Below, in pieces: positions 37,690 through 49,214 of a stretch of DNA of 64,000 nt; the stretch's first letter is position 1; the number at the start of each line of letters is the position of its first letter. The DNA is from Dicyema japonicum (taxonomy: Eukaryota > Animalia > Dicyemida), in contig RDEW01000013.1 in the NCBI GenBank assembly GCA_011109175.1, positions 972,181-1,036,180 of the forward strand, read 5' to 3'. Below the pieces are notes generated by a model. The model made no database searches and was not told the origin of the DNA. It worked only from the letters and a program-made list of their open reading frames with translations. The translations under genes were made by a program, and so were the position numbers.

Positions 37690-38005
37690 CAGACGAGATT
37701 GGGAAGATGCTTTGCTATGAGGTCCACGTTATTCCAACAGTAATGACGTTGGAAAGAATTGCAACAAAGTACCGAAGTGGTGTCTAAAACTGGTAGATAG
37801 GAACTTCAGGTCTACAGTCAATTTTTTAAAGCAGACATTAGAGAAGCTGACACTGTAGTATAGGAAGCAGAGCAAAAACATGCAATATGGACAGAGGGTT
37901 CAATTGGACAAGGCGCCCTGGAGATGTTTCAGCAACCAGAATCGAACTTGCCTAGGAGGCTGGCAATAGGCAAGGCGAGGAAGGTTGTTGGATATTAACT
38001 TTTTT
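37690..38005 (+). mobile_element. Repeat 'A' second copy, with an upstream extension shared with 42280-42420 (-)
   Basis: TATTCCAACAGTAATGACGTTGGAAAGAATTGCAA is shared with the reverse complement of 42330-42370; VQLDKAPWR resembles the RTE A.DR..WR end motif. Confidence 0.55.
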
Positions 38006-38384
38006 GTTAGTTAAATAACGCTGGGTTCAAATTTTGTTACTAATTTTCTTCATTTGGGGGTTCACTACTAAAGAAATTTAATTATTACTATTAAAATTAT
38101 AAAATCTCCCCCAAATCGATGTTTTATCTAAAAAAGATGTTGTTCCCTCAGTTTGGGTTTTTTCAACCTCTGCTAACTCTCAACTTGTGGACATCCCACT
38201 GGACTCTAACAGAGATATCTGACTGACTTTGATGTGGAGATGGGGAATAGATGTTGATGGCACACTATTCTGATAAGCGAACGGGGGTATTATTAGCGAT
38301 CTGGATTAAAATCCGCTTAATTAAATAATTTACTCGATTTATTTGTTGTCGATTTTTGACTTCATTTACATAATAAAATATAAA

Positions 38385-41300
38385 TTAAATTATTAACCCC
38401 GGCTTCGCCAGCAAGTGGGAAGCCGGCGACCATCAGAGAGCGTGCAGTCCGGACAGGCCGCTCCCAGAGATCCTCGACTTTTGCATCCGGTGGTCCAGGG
38501 CAGGGAAAAAGGTCTCGAACTACTCTGCCAGCCAGAAAAGGGTGGTGTCCACATCGTAGGCGAGCCAGTCCGATTCTGATCTTCCTCGGGAGCGATTGTT
38601 CCGTTGGACTGATATCAGGGGGGAAGCGCTCCAAGACTTTGTTATATTGAAGTGTCCTAATGGCCCGTGTTGAGATAAAATCATGGATTCGGCGGGTCCA
38701 AGTTGAGTCTTCTTGAGGGGGGGTGATCTTCGACAAGGCTCTTTGTAGGTCAAAGAGGGTCCTGCGTATGTATCTGCGGTTATTGTTACTTAGCAAAGCG
38801 TGAACTGGGTGATTCGGGTCGAACGACTGCCGTAGGAATTGTAAATTACGCATTTCCAGGTGGTCATAGAGCGGGAGGATTTTCGACTCCCAATGTAAAT
38901 GGTCGGTGGGGGTTGACTTTAAACAGCCAGTTATTATTCTCAGCGCCGAGTTTTGCACTTTCTGCAGTTCTTGAGAAAGGGACAAGGAGATTGAGGGGGC
39001 CCAACTTGGTGAGGCGTAGTTGAGTGTAGTCCTGATGAACTGTTTGTAGAGAAGAGTTAAGTTTTCTTTTTGCTGACCGTTTGAGTGGCCAGCTACTGCC
39101 CGTAATATGTTAAGTTTCCGCTTGGCTTTTGTCATTACTTCCTCCACTTGTCTGTTGAAACAGAGTGAAGGATCGAAGACAACTCCAAGGATCTTCGGGT
39201 ATTTATTTAAGGGGAGTGGTTCGTCTCCCAACGAGAGTGTGGGGTTTAGGTTGAATTGTCTTCGATCGGTTGTGAACAGGGTAGCTGATGACTTCGAGGT
39301 GGAAACACTCATCCAGTTTAAGTTCATCCAGTCGGATAGCAAGTTCAGGTGGTACTGCACTTTTTCGGTGGCCAGTCGAACATCGCCACTCCTGGATGCG
39401 ATTACTAGATCATCGGCATATGTCAATAGTAACGTATTTTGGGTTGTTGGGATGTCTTTGACGTAAAGGTTGAAAAGTGAGGGTGAAAGGACTGATCCCT
39501 GGGGAACACCGTTTGGTAGGAGTCGATATCTTGATAGATTTGAATATAGACACGTATGACCCAGTCTTCCCGAGAGGAAATTTGTGAGCCATGACTTCCA
39601 TACAGAGGGAATATTTGAAGAATAGATCTTGTTGCAGAGGACCACACGGGAGATTCTGTCGAAAGCTTTAGTTAGGTCAATAGAGGCCAAGACAGTTCGT
39701 TCCGGGGGTTTGCAGTTGTTGAAACCGTTGGAGATGTATTGGGTTAGTGTCAGTAAGTGCGTGGTGGTCGAGTGTAAAGGACGGAAACCATGTTGTGAGT
39801 CGGAGAGGTCGAGGTAGGGGGTGATTTCGTTAAGAATGATCCTTTCGAGGATTTTTGAGACAACAGATGTTAAGGAAATTGGCCTGAACGAAGAGGGCAA
39901 GGAGGAGGCTTTGTTGTTCTTGAGTATTGGGATAATGTTCGACTTCTTCCATAACATCGGGATGAAACACCTGTTGATGGAGAATTCGTAGATATCTTTA
40001 AGTGCCAAGAGCCCGTTTGGACCGAGGTGCTTTAGGTGGAATATGCTGATCCGATCGGGTCCCGTGGCTGGTGAGTTTCTTGAGTTTGTAATGAGGTTTT
40101 GAACATGACTTATGATACTTCGAATCGTGCCTTTGTTACCCTTGGGGGTTTAGTAATATGAGGTCGATTTTCTTTATTCATTGGAATATGACTCATTTTG
40201 CAATAGTGAGTCATCAAGTCATTTGCCTGGCAGTGGAAATCTTTCGTTTGGTTGTCCTTTCCAAGTCTACCTCCATGGGTTGTGCTCGATTCGGTTTGAT
40301 TTGATTGTATTTCTCTGATAAATCTCCAGAAACTTTGGGGTTTTGATTTTGGATTCAATCGAGAGACGAAAGTGGACCACTTCTCCTTTTTGAGCTCCGT
40401 AATGAGGTGGGTTATCTTCTTGTTTAGGGAAGAAATTTCATCTTGGAGTTGCTGGTTGGTTGTTCGGGAACGTTTTAGGTGTCTTCTCTCACAGATGAGA
40501 TCCAATATTTCTTTGTTGAAAAATAGTTTGTAATCATGGATGAATCCTTTAGGGACGTGCTTTCTATCCGCCGAAAGGATGGCTGAGTTGAAATGTGCAA
40601 TGGCTTTGTCTGGAGAGGTAAAATTTTCACAGAGAAGTTTTCCAGCGACGTTTCGACGTCAACCGTGAAGTCGATCCATCTCGCCCTTTTGTAGTTCACA
40701 TAGGTTCGCCTCGACATAGTTCGTCCGAAATGCAAGAAGATGTCGATCAGAATAGGGTTATGATCTGAGGGTAAGTCATATCTGACATCCCAGTAGATCG
40801 ATTTTGCAAGGGGAGCTGAGCATATGGAGAGGTCAGGAGACGTGTTAGGATCCCCAGGGCGTGTTCCACATCTCGTGTGTTGGCGGGGGTTATTTAATAT
40901 CACTAGGTGTTCCAGTTCAGAGATCACTTGTTTCCCTCTGTGGTCCGAATTCTGGTTTCGGAACCATAGTGGATCTTTAGCGTTTAGATCGCCGCAAATA
41001 ACTATGTTTTCGTATAGTTGAAGGAATTCTAGGTTTGGTCGGTAACTCTTCTGGCAGCAAGACGAAGGGGGAATGTAGATATTCAGAATTGTGTAAGGAG
41101 TTGACATAATATTGATGGTGATGGATAGCAATTCCATATGTTTATCAGAAGCCGCTGTCAATGTGTGGTCAGTGGTATCCGTGAATGGGATGGAGTTGTG
41201 AATGAGGGTGACCAGGCCACCACCGTGAGATCCATTTGATCGCTCAGAACGGAGCAAAGAGTAGTTTTTGAATTTTGGTGTTTGGGAGAAGGCAGACAAA

Positions 41301-41614
41301 CGTGACTCCTGTAGAAGGGCAATGTCAATACGGTGTTTAACCAAGTACTCAGCCAATTCGGTATGTTTCGAGGTGATTCCATTGATGTTAAGTTGTAAGA
41401 TTCTGATGGGTCTATTCTGCGGCCCTGGGTTTAGTTCAATGTCACCGGATGTCAGGAGGGATTCTTGGGAGCGAAAGCTTCGTGCCCGCTCAATGGTCGC
41501 CATCGAGATCTCCTTGAAGAGAGACGATAGGGAAATAGTGTGGTTCTTTTTCATGTGTGCTGTGTAGGGCACAGGCACAACCAAATGACACCTCTTGGTG
41601 AGCCACAACGTCAT
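38385..41614 (-). mobile_element. Near-intact Ingi/Vingi-like LINE: 2A peptide + APE + RT, no RNase H
   Basis: ILQLNING, LLQES, GDLNA, SDH (APE); TGPD, FRPISLTS, QHGFRP, DLTKAFD, GVPQGSVLSPSLF, YADD (RT); C-terminus LARLRCGH...LWERPVRTA. Only two -1 frameshifts (~40630 and ~40110), both single-base losses in doublets. Confidence 0.9.
41420..41458 (-). other. 2A (StopGo) peptide motif LLTSGDIELNPGP
   Basis: Exact D(V/I)ExNPGP motif, in frame, 4 codons before the APE start (RPIRILQLN). Confidence 0.9.
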
Positions 41615-42161
41615 ATATTCTTAAGAAATTTAAAAACAATTTGTTACAACATAAAACAAAAATACCATTACTACAAATAGTTTTTATACATCTAACTACA
41701 TTCTATGACGTGGAATGTTTCTAATACACTCTGTTGAATGGTTCTATCAATAAGGTAGCTGAGTGTAATTATAAAGATATCCTTATAATTACGCATCTTT
41801 TTAGCGACAATGTACCGCTTTCGAAACGTCCAATGGTATTAGTAGAAATTCTATACCCCAGTGCATTCATCATGTTTGACATGTCCTTTTGGGAGTATTG
41901 GAACCTTTTACGCTCGACTTTGAATAAATTGGAAATACTGGAATTAGACTCCAATATTTTATTAAATCTGTCATTATGTAAATTTCCTATTTTATTAAGA
42001 TCAATAATTACTCAATGTGTCAACATTCTCTTGATTTTCCTCCCAATGAGAGTTGTTGAGAAAATCGTAGCCTTCCATAACGATAATAAAATAGAAACGT
42101 CGTTAGTCATTAATAAACGAACTAATATACGTATGTAGAACAAAGTACATATGTTAACAAA

Positions 42162-42260
42162 TTATGATAATTATTTCAACATTAAAGAAATATAAAATTA
42201 GGAAATATACTTATGATAATTATTTCAACATTAAAGAAATATAAATTAGGAAATATTACT
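42162..42260. repeat. Direct repeat, 2 x ~49 bp
   Basis: TTATGATAATTATTTCAACATTAAAGAAATATAAA(A)TTAGGAAATAT at 42162 and 42211. Confidence 0.9.
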
Positions 42261-42499
42261 TTTTATCATATTTCTCTTCTAGCGACGAGTTCTCCTTCGA
42301 TCTCCGCTTCCCAGACAAGATAACCTTTGTGGTACTTTTTGCAATTCCTTCCCACGTCATTACTATTGGAATAATGAGTACCTTGCAACCAAGCATCTGC
42401 CCCATCTCGTTTGTAAGCGAGTCAAAAAATTTTTTTGCTCTATCTCCACATTTCAGGTTTATGGAAATTCATAGTGCGAAAGATAGAGCGAATCGTAAA

Positions 42500-43200
42500 G
42501 AGCACAGCACAAATGGAACCCTGGAGTGCATTTAATAGACTAACTTAACTATGATTGTCTTAATTGGGCACGAGGCATCATGTAGTCACATGATTGAAGA
42601 TTTCTCTTTCTTCAGATGTAATACTCATATCCACCTTACTCAGAAGACACCTGGGCTAGTTTGGACGTGAAAATTGGGCTAGTTTGTGAATCCTTAAGAT
42701 AGCAAAGTCCCCTGACCATCCACTCGTACCGCACATCAGACTATATATGGACGCCTCCCCGAGATATGAAAAGAAACATTCCCGGCTGTGGAGATTAATC
42801 AAGGACTCCAAAACTAACCACAGGAAAAGGACTGATATCACTTAACTAGACGATGACCTTTATTATCTTTCTCGTGATTTTGGGGTTAATAAAATAAATG
42901 TATATATCAAAAAATAGTCACATTTTCGGAACCCTACGGTCTGAATCCACATTTTGAGTATGGGGGATAAAACGAAAACATGCATGGTTTGTTAGCTTTG
43001 TCTATTTTAGATAACGAATAATTCTCCAACTCAGATTTCGAGCAAGCAGACGCTAAATTCGGCAAAATATGAAAATTTGTTAACATTCTGTTTGATTTGG
43101 TAGATTTAATGAAATCGACTCTCATTGTCTTGAGGTAGCGGAGGATACTGGAAGTGACTTGAAATACGTCTACTTTACTACCTGGTGACTAATTTTACTC
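42500..43200 (-). pseudogene. Possible decayed CR1/L2-like LINE (ORF1 end and APE start)
   Basis: Remnant motifs only (PG..F..SRGGVHIY-like); heavily degenerate. Confidence 0.3.
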
Positions 43201-44319
43201 ATAGTCTGAGCGTCCTGACATACAAGAAGAACATCAGGAGGTAATACAAAGGTTAGAAGCATGTGAAGACTCTATAAATCAGCAAACTCGTGAATTGATT
43301 TGCTGATGTCAATTTGCTAAACACAAGATATATGATAAGGTGTCGATTCCCAACTTTGAGGTTATTTTTGGGTACATAAATTTGGTAATTTGGGAGGGGG
43401 TTGAGAATTGTTCTGTGTTGAAGGATGTCCAAAACGAAAAAGAAAATGACCAAGTCCTTAACCCATGTGGATATTTGAAGGAGGTACTTGGTAAGAATGA
43501 ATCTCCAATAAGAAACAATGTTGACACACTAGCACATGCTTCAAGAAATAACAATCACGTGGATGATGAAGCTTATGGCTTATTACAGGGAAGCACTTAC
43601 GACTCGTTTCTGTAAATTGATGATTTTGTGAACTACCTACGAGACTTGAGAGCTCTGATAACTGTTTTTCTGCGAAAACCGTACAAACCGATAGCCGTGA
43701 ATTCTGATAAAGTTGAGGAAGCTGAGATCCGTGAAACTGGAGATTTTGTGAAAAATGGAGAATCCTAGGGTCACGAAACGCAGGCTTTTGTGACATTACA
43801 AGAACACGATAGTTGTGAAACAGAAAAATTCCTTGAAAACCAGAGGAACTGAAGTTATATTCTCCCAGGAAAGTCTATAAGACAATCAAGTCTTATCACA
43901 GAATCCGCCAACCAATTCCACAGTAAAAATCACAGAAAATTATCATTCTCAGGACCATAGTTTCTATATGCTATTTTATCAGCAAGAGAACAAGCAAAAA
44001 AGAAGATTGGGGCCACTAAAAGGATCTCAAGTCTAAAGAGGACGAATTAACTGACGGATCTGTCACTAAAAAGAAGAAATCGATAGATACAAATAAACAG
44101 GAGTCTCAGGGGAGTTCTGACAAGCCTAGAAAACGGAAAAAATCAGATAAATTTGTTAATTTAAAGTAGCGGTGAATGATTCACTAACATAAAAAGTTAA
44201 TAAATGAGTGTTCACAGAAAAAAGATAAAAATCCCATGTTTCTGGTATCATTTATGAACCTCCTAGAGGATGAGACCGTTTCCCATGGTATTTATTATCA
44301 ACTGTTAACACTTTTTCGA

Positions 44320-44795
44320 ACAATACTTTCGTAAAGTAGTGGCTTATGGTTCAAAGCATGAATTACGTGACTACACGTTTGGACACAACTCGACTCAACG
44401 CATTAGTAGTCTTTTGACCATACTTTCGTGAAGTAGTGGATTTTGGCTGAAGGCTTGACTAGAAATCACGGAATAACACGTAGTAAGTAGTGGCTTTTGG
44501 CTCAGAGCTTAACTTGAAATCACCGGATAAACCGTGGGAAGCAGTTGTTTATATCTCAAATCCCCTGGACCCACTTGACCCCACATTTGGACACTACTGG
44601 CTATCGACTCACACTTTAGTGGTCTCCCGGACCATATTTTCGTGAAGTAATGGTTTGTGTGTCTAGGCTTGACTGGAAATCATCTATAACAAATGTGAAG
44701 TAGTGGCTTATTGCTCAACCCTTGATTTACCGCGTTACTTCACTTTTGGACTCTACTGACTATCTCCTTACTGACTATCTCCTGACTATCTCCTT
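44320..44795. repeat. Diverged higher-order tandem array with 53-54 bp subunits, ending in (CTGACTATCTC)x3
   Basis: AAGTAGTGG-like motif at 44334, 44431, 44485, 44539, 44645 and 44698; three blocks each end in TTTGGAC(A/T)C(A/T)ACT. Confidence 0.8.
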
Positions 44796-47700
44796 TGTCA
44801 CACAACACTTGAAGGTGTAGCTAGATGAAACCACATGAATTCTTTCATACTCAGTATTCATTCTGAACGCATAGAGAGTTCCGTGAAGGTCTCCACTTCT
44901 GAGTATGATGAAAGAACGCTTAGTAAATTACCTCAACTTTCTTTATTCTCTTTTATTGTTAACAAATTCGTGCAACTAGACAGAATCTTGTTCAGGAAAT
45001 GCTTTTCATTGTTTCGATTGTTCTGGCGGATTTTGGGGAGTAACTCTGACTTTTTAGTCCGACAATATCAACGGGATATGTTAATTCCTCCTTCTCCGAG
45101 TCTTCCACATAATTAATGTGGGAGATTGTTTACATTTGGTCGATTTTGACAAAACTAGTGATATTGGCTGTCTGTAAAGTTATCTTTGTATCCGTGAATT
45201 CCACAAGTAGCATGTTCACGCTTTAAAACGCGGGAAAAATCATGCAAACTCATTTTCATACAGGCTTATCGAACTTTGGATAGGAACACCTTGACAAAGT
45301 CAAATTAGCTTCCTAAATCAACATTCCAGACTGAAATCTCAGCTTAATAGTAAAAATACTGCTTCCCGTGACTTTTCCAACTTTATCAACCCTTAACTAG
45401 GTCTCTGCTCACTTGGAGGTAAATATTCTTCAACAAGATCCCAATATCAGACGAATAACGCCATAGATCAAAAACATCGAGAAGTATGGAATGATGCAAT
45501 ACTGAGTAAAGGCAGCCCTGTGTGTCAATCTTGGAGATCAAAAAAACGACTGAACTGCGTTTGGGTCAACAAAAATGAGTTTATACGTTTGAATCAGAGT
45601 AAAAGGATGCCAATATCCGAATGGTCATTCTCAAATATTGAATTAAAGCACATGACTGTCGAATGGATCACAACTTCCATGCGGTTCTTAAAGCTGTAGT
45701 CAAATAAAACAGAAACACGGAGCACGTGTCTTAAAGTTGATTGAAGGTCAAAATATCCGGGGTAATAAGTAAGAATTCACTTCGAACCTCCCAACTGTCC
45801 TTTTTACGAGCCACGTTTAATATGTGAGGCATTATTGTACTTTGAAATCTCTCCTCTCAGAAAAAAAGAAACTTTAAACCACGGAACATTGTAGGAACTG
45901 AATTATAATGTCGTTGGTCCGCTAACCTTTCTCTGGGTCTTTTTAGCCTCTTTTATGAAAAATCCAGTAAAGAGCACTTTTATAACAATTTTACTAAATA
46001 ATCACACAGCAAGTCAAATTCTTCTTCATTCATTTGAAAGTGCTATTTAATCCGTGAAACAGCATTTAATTGGCTGTAGCTTAGATAAATGGCCAACTTT
46101 TGCCCCAAAAATAACAAAATCAACGATTCTACTCAGAGGCAGCTTATACTGGGAGAATAAGTCAATGAGAGAAATAAAGTGTACAAGAAAAAAAATTAAT
46201 ATACATTTCCTTCTCAGTCCCCTCTTTTGTTTTCGGGCTGTTCTGTCCCTATAATTTCTTCACAAGGAGTATCCACTCGAGATCCGCCAATTTTGATTTC
46301 AACACTTTCTGGCTAAGCTTTCATCGTGATATCAACATTAGATACTGATTTTTCCGTGAACCCGGATTTTAAGTGGCCTGCCAGGATTTCAAATGCTGGA
46401 AGATGACTTCCTGTTCGAGTGGAAATACTTCTGTGGCCGACCAATGGTTAAATTCCCTATCATACTGAACAAAGACCTCCAAAGAGTGAGGAAATGCCTC
46501 TGGACGAGCTGATATCAATTGTGTGCAACCATGGAGGATGGAAGAGGATACATTATTTTGTTGCACATTCTTAGCCATAACAACTATGACGAGGAGATAA
46601 GTGCTTATAATAATAGTTCCCAACAGAGATTGTGAAGGATTGTGACTTCTAGGATAGTTAGAAGTCTGAGGGATCATCAATCTGGTATTAAAGCCATTGG
46701 TTTCAAATGAGCATTCAAACGTTGTCTTGGAATGATTCATGAAACGAAAAATATGGATGTCTTTCTATATTAGAGAAATCCCAAAAATATGACTAATCGA
46801 ATATGTCACATATCATTACTAATTATGGTAATTAAAATGCCAATGCCTTTCAACATTAAATAAATCCCAAAAATATGGGTTAAGGACTTTCTACAATGTT
46901 TCCCTCCTAGCGAAGAGATCTCCTTCGACCTCAGCTTTCCGGACAATGAACTTTGGATCAGTCGGCACACAAAAATATCACTCCTTTCGACAATTTTTAT
47001 GACGAAATTTTATATTAATATAATAATTAATAATAAATTTTATAAATTAATTTGAATTAAAAAATTTAAATAAATCTGAATTAAAAATAGCTTGCCTTTG
47101 GATTGACAGAATGAGCATGCAACAGTTAGTGAAAAAGTTCGGATTGCTCAATTCCTCACGTGACAGCCGTGAGTATTTGCTAACATCCTCAGCTCGTCTC
47201 CTTTGATGGTGTCTTTACCATCATCATTTGGTGTGTGGATATGACTCATGCCAAAGTAGGATATCTGATTTCTTTAGAAATTTTCCTTGGAAGATCGGGT
47301 ATTTCACCAAGCCATGTTCATTGTCTTCATCCACCATATGGATGATCAGGAAGGGCAAGATCCCCTATCAAAAATTAACACATTTTTCTTGAAGTAGTAA
47401 AAGATTTGAATTTAGATATAACAACGAGAGTAAGGATCCAAGATTTTTGGGTTTCAAAAGTTCATTTAATGAGCAAGTGGAGGATTATAAAGCGAGGATC
47501 AGATCGGCAGATTAGTTCAGATCATATCTTTTTTCTCTTTTTGATCAATTACTTGACTTTTTTTATAATTTTGGTTTTTGTTAGTAAGTGTGTCTATTTC
47601 TTGTGGTCGACATTGTAGAGTTTATTGAGGATCAATGACATCAATTTGTATAGAGTGGTCTCAATATAGAGTAGCCATCTTTTTGCTCTAAAAGAGTGGG

Positions 47701-47955
47701 ACTCATTTACTTTGGTTTAAGTTTTTTGTGTTGATAGGTCAACTGTCACGACGTCATTAAGATCTATTTTTGACATTCCCCACTTTTTTAATTAAAAATT
47801 TTTTTTATTGAAAATCAAAATCATTACTAAAAGATCTTTAAATAATTATTCAAGCGAAAATTCTCACGCCGTGTGGCGCCATGTGGTGCTGCGTGGTTAA
47901 TTGGTTGAAGTTTTCTGCTTGCTTGTCTGTTTTTCCTCTCTCTTCCTATTAGAGT

Positions 47956-48018
47956 GGCGTCATGTGATCCACCTGTCTAGGTGACGCCCAGTGCCAAGCC
48001 GGCACGAAAAAGGATCAT
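47956..48018 (+). ncRNA. Candidate HDV-like pseudoknot RNA, copy A, inside a ~320 bp GC-rich short element (about 47868-48190)
   Basis: P1 GGCGTC(A)/(T)GACGCC, P2 GTGATCC/GGATCAT, P3 ACC/GGT, P4 GTGCC/GGCAC, J4/2 GAAAAA. Confidence 0.5.
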
Positions 48019-48239
48019 TTGCTCTTCCCCACCCCACTGGAGGGGTTTCCACAACTGCATGTAATGGACGTCTTACCTTTTGTGCTGATTCCGGATGGAC
48101 TCTGTTTCTGTAAAAGTGGAAACTAGTTACACTTAATTAGTTGGTTACTTTAACTTCTTTCTCGGTGTATCCGGGGTTAAATAAATAAATTAAATTAAAA
48201 CAACTATCTCCCTCAATTTTGGTTACTTCATAGATGGTA

Positions 48240-48340
48240 CAGGCATGTGTCCAATCCTAGGCGCAGCGCCACCCCGATCCTCAAGCTGTTTTCGTCAAGG
48301 AGGGTCCTTTTTGCAGGAGACTTTTGTTGTAGCTTATTAG
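48240..48340 (-). mobile_element. CRE-like LINE fragment
   Basis: GTLLDENSLRIGVALRLGL matches the motif at ~9730. Confidence 0.65.
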
Positions 48341-49214
48341 ATTTTTAGAGTCTCCTCTCGGAAAGTGCAAATTTCTCAGAGGTGAACATGACGCATATAT
48401 TGGGAAATGGAGAGCTTTGGTCCATTCTTGATCTGAGGTCTGATTTTGTTAGTGGAGATTTTTTTGGCTATGAGATACTTTCTCGTTACTGTCGAAGGTC
48501 TTTTCGATGTCATTGGAAACCATTGCTGTCCATGTGCATGAGGTGTGGTGTCACTTTAAACTGTCCACAATGCATTGTACGACGTTCTAGATGTGTTTTT
48601 GCCGTGTTTAATTTATTTTTTGCGGGTTATCCCTCGGCCACTATTGTTAATAAATATTTTTCATTTACGTCTCTTATGTTAGAATCACAAAATTTTCAGA
48701 TAAAATAATAAAAACTCACAATTAAGTGGATTGAGATAATGTGACCTTTACGTATGAATGCAAAGCTATTAACGATTTTAAAATTCCCAATTTCTCGATA
48801 TTGAACGAGTGATGTCGTTATCAGTGTTTCATCACTTCTTTTACGACTCACACACAAGAAAAAAAGAACAAAAAGTCAAGAACACTTCATTTTAATAATT
48901 GCTTCGAATTAGTTAGCATGACTATTTTACTTCTTAAATAAATTGTGAGTTATGCCTAAGCTCAAGTTTAATAATTGAAGCATTACTACTCCTTGGCGGC
49001 AAGGCTGTTGTTGGGCACACGTGCATAATAGTAGCCCCTAAGCACTTATATTACCCTCTAAGGAATTATATTACAGCAAAATCAGTTATAGTACCCTAAG
49101 CAATTTTTCTTATAAGTGCTGGATTTTTAGAGACCTTGTCATAGCAACTAACACAGGGACTATAATTAATCTCAAAATAGGTTAACAGTAAAAAAGAACA
49201 AATAAAAAACCAAA

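Noticed and set aside
39284-39310. CTGATGA...GAAAC hammerhead-like spacing
   Set aside because: It lies antisense to RT coding sequence, and stems I-III cannot be formed.
43205-44160. Long charged reading frame on +
   Set aside because: Several stops of all three types and no motif I recognise.
44320-44760. CRISPR-like repeat-spacer array
   Set aside because: Eukaryotic context, degenerate repeats, mutually similar inter-repeat segments and no cas genes.
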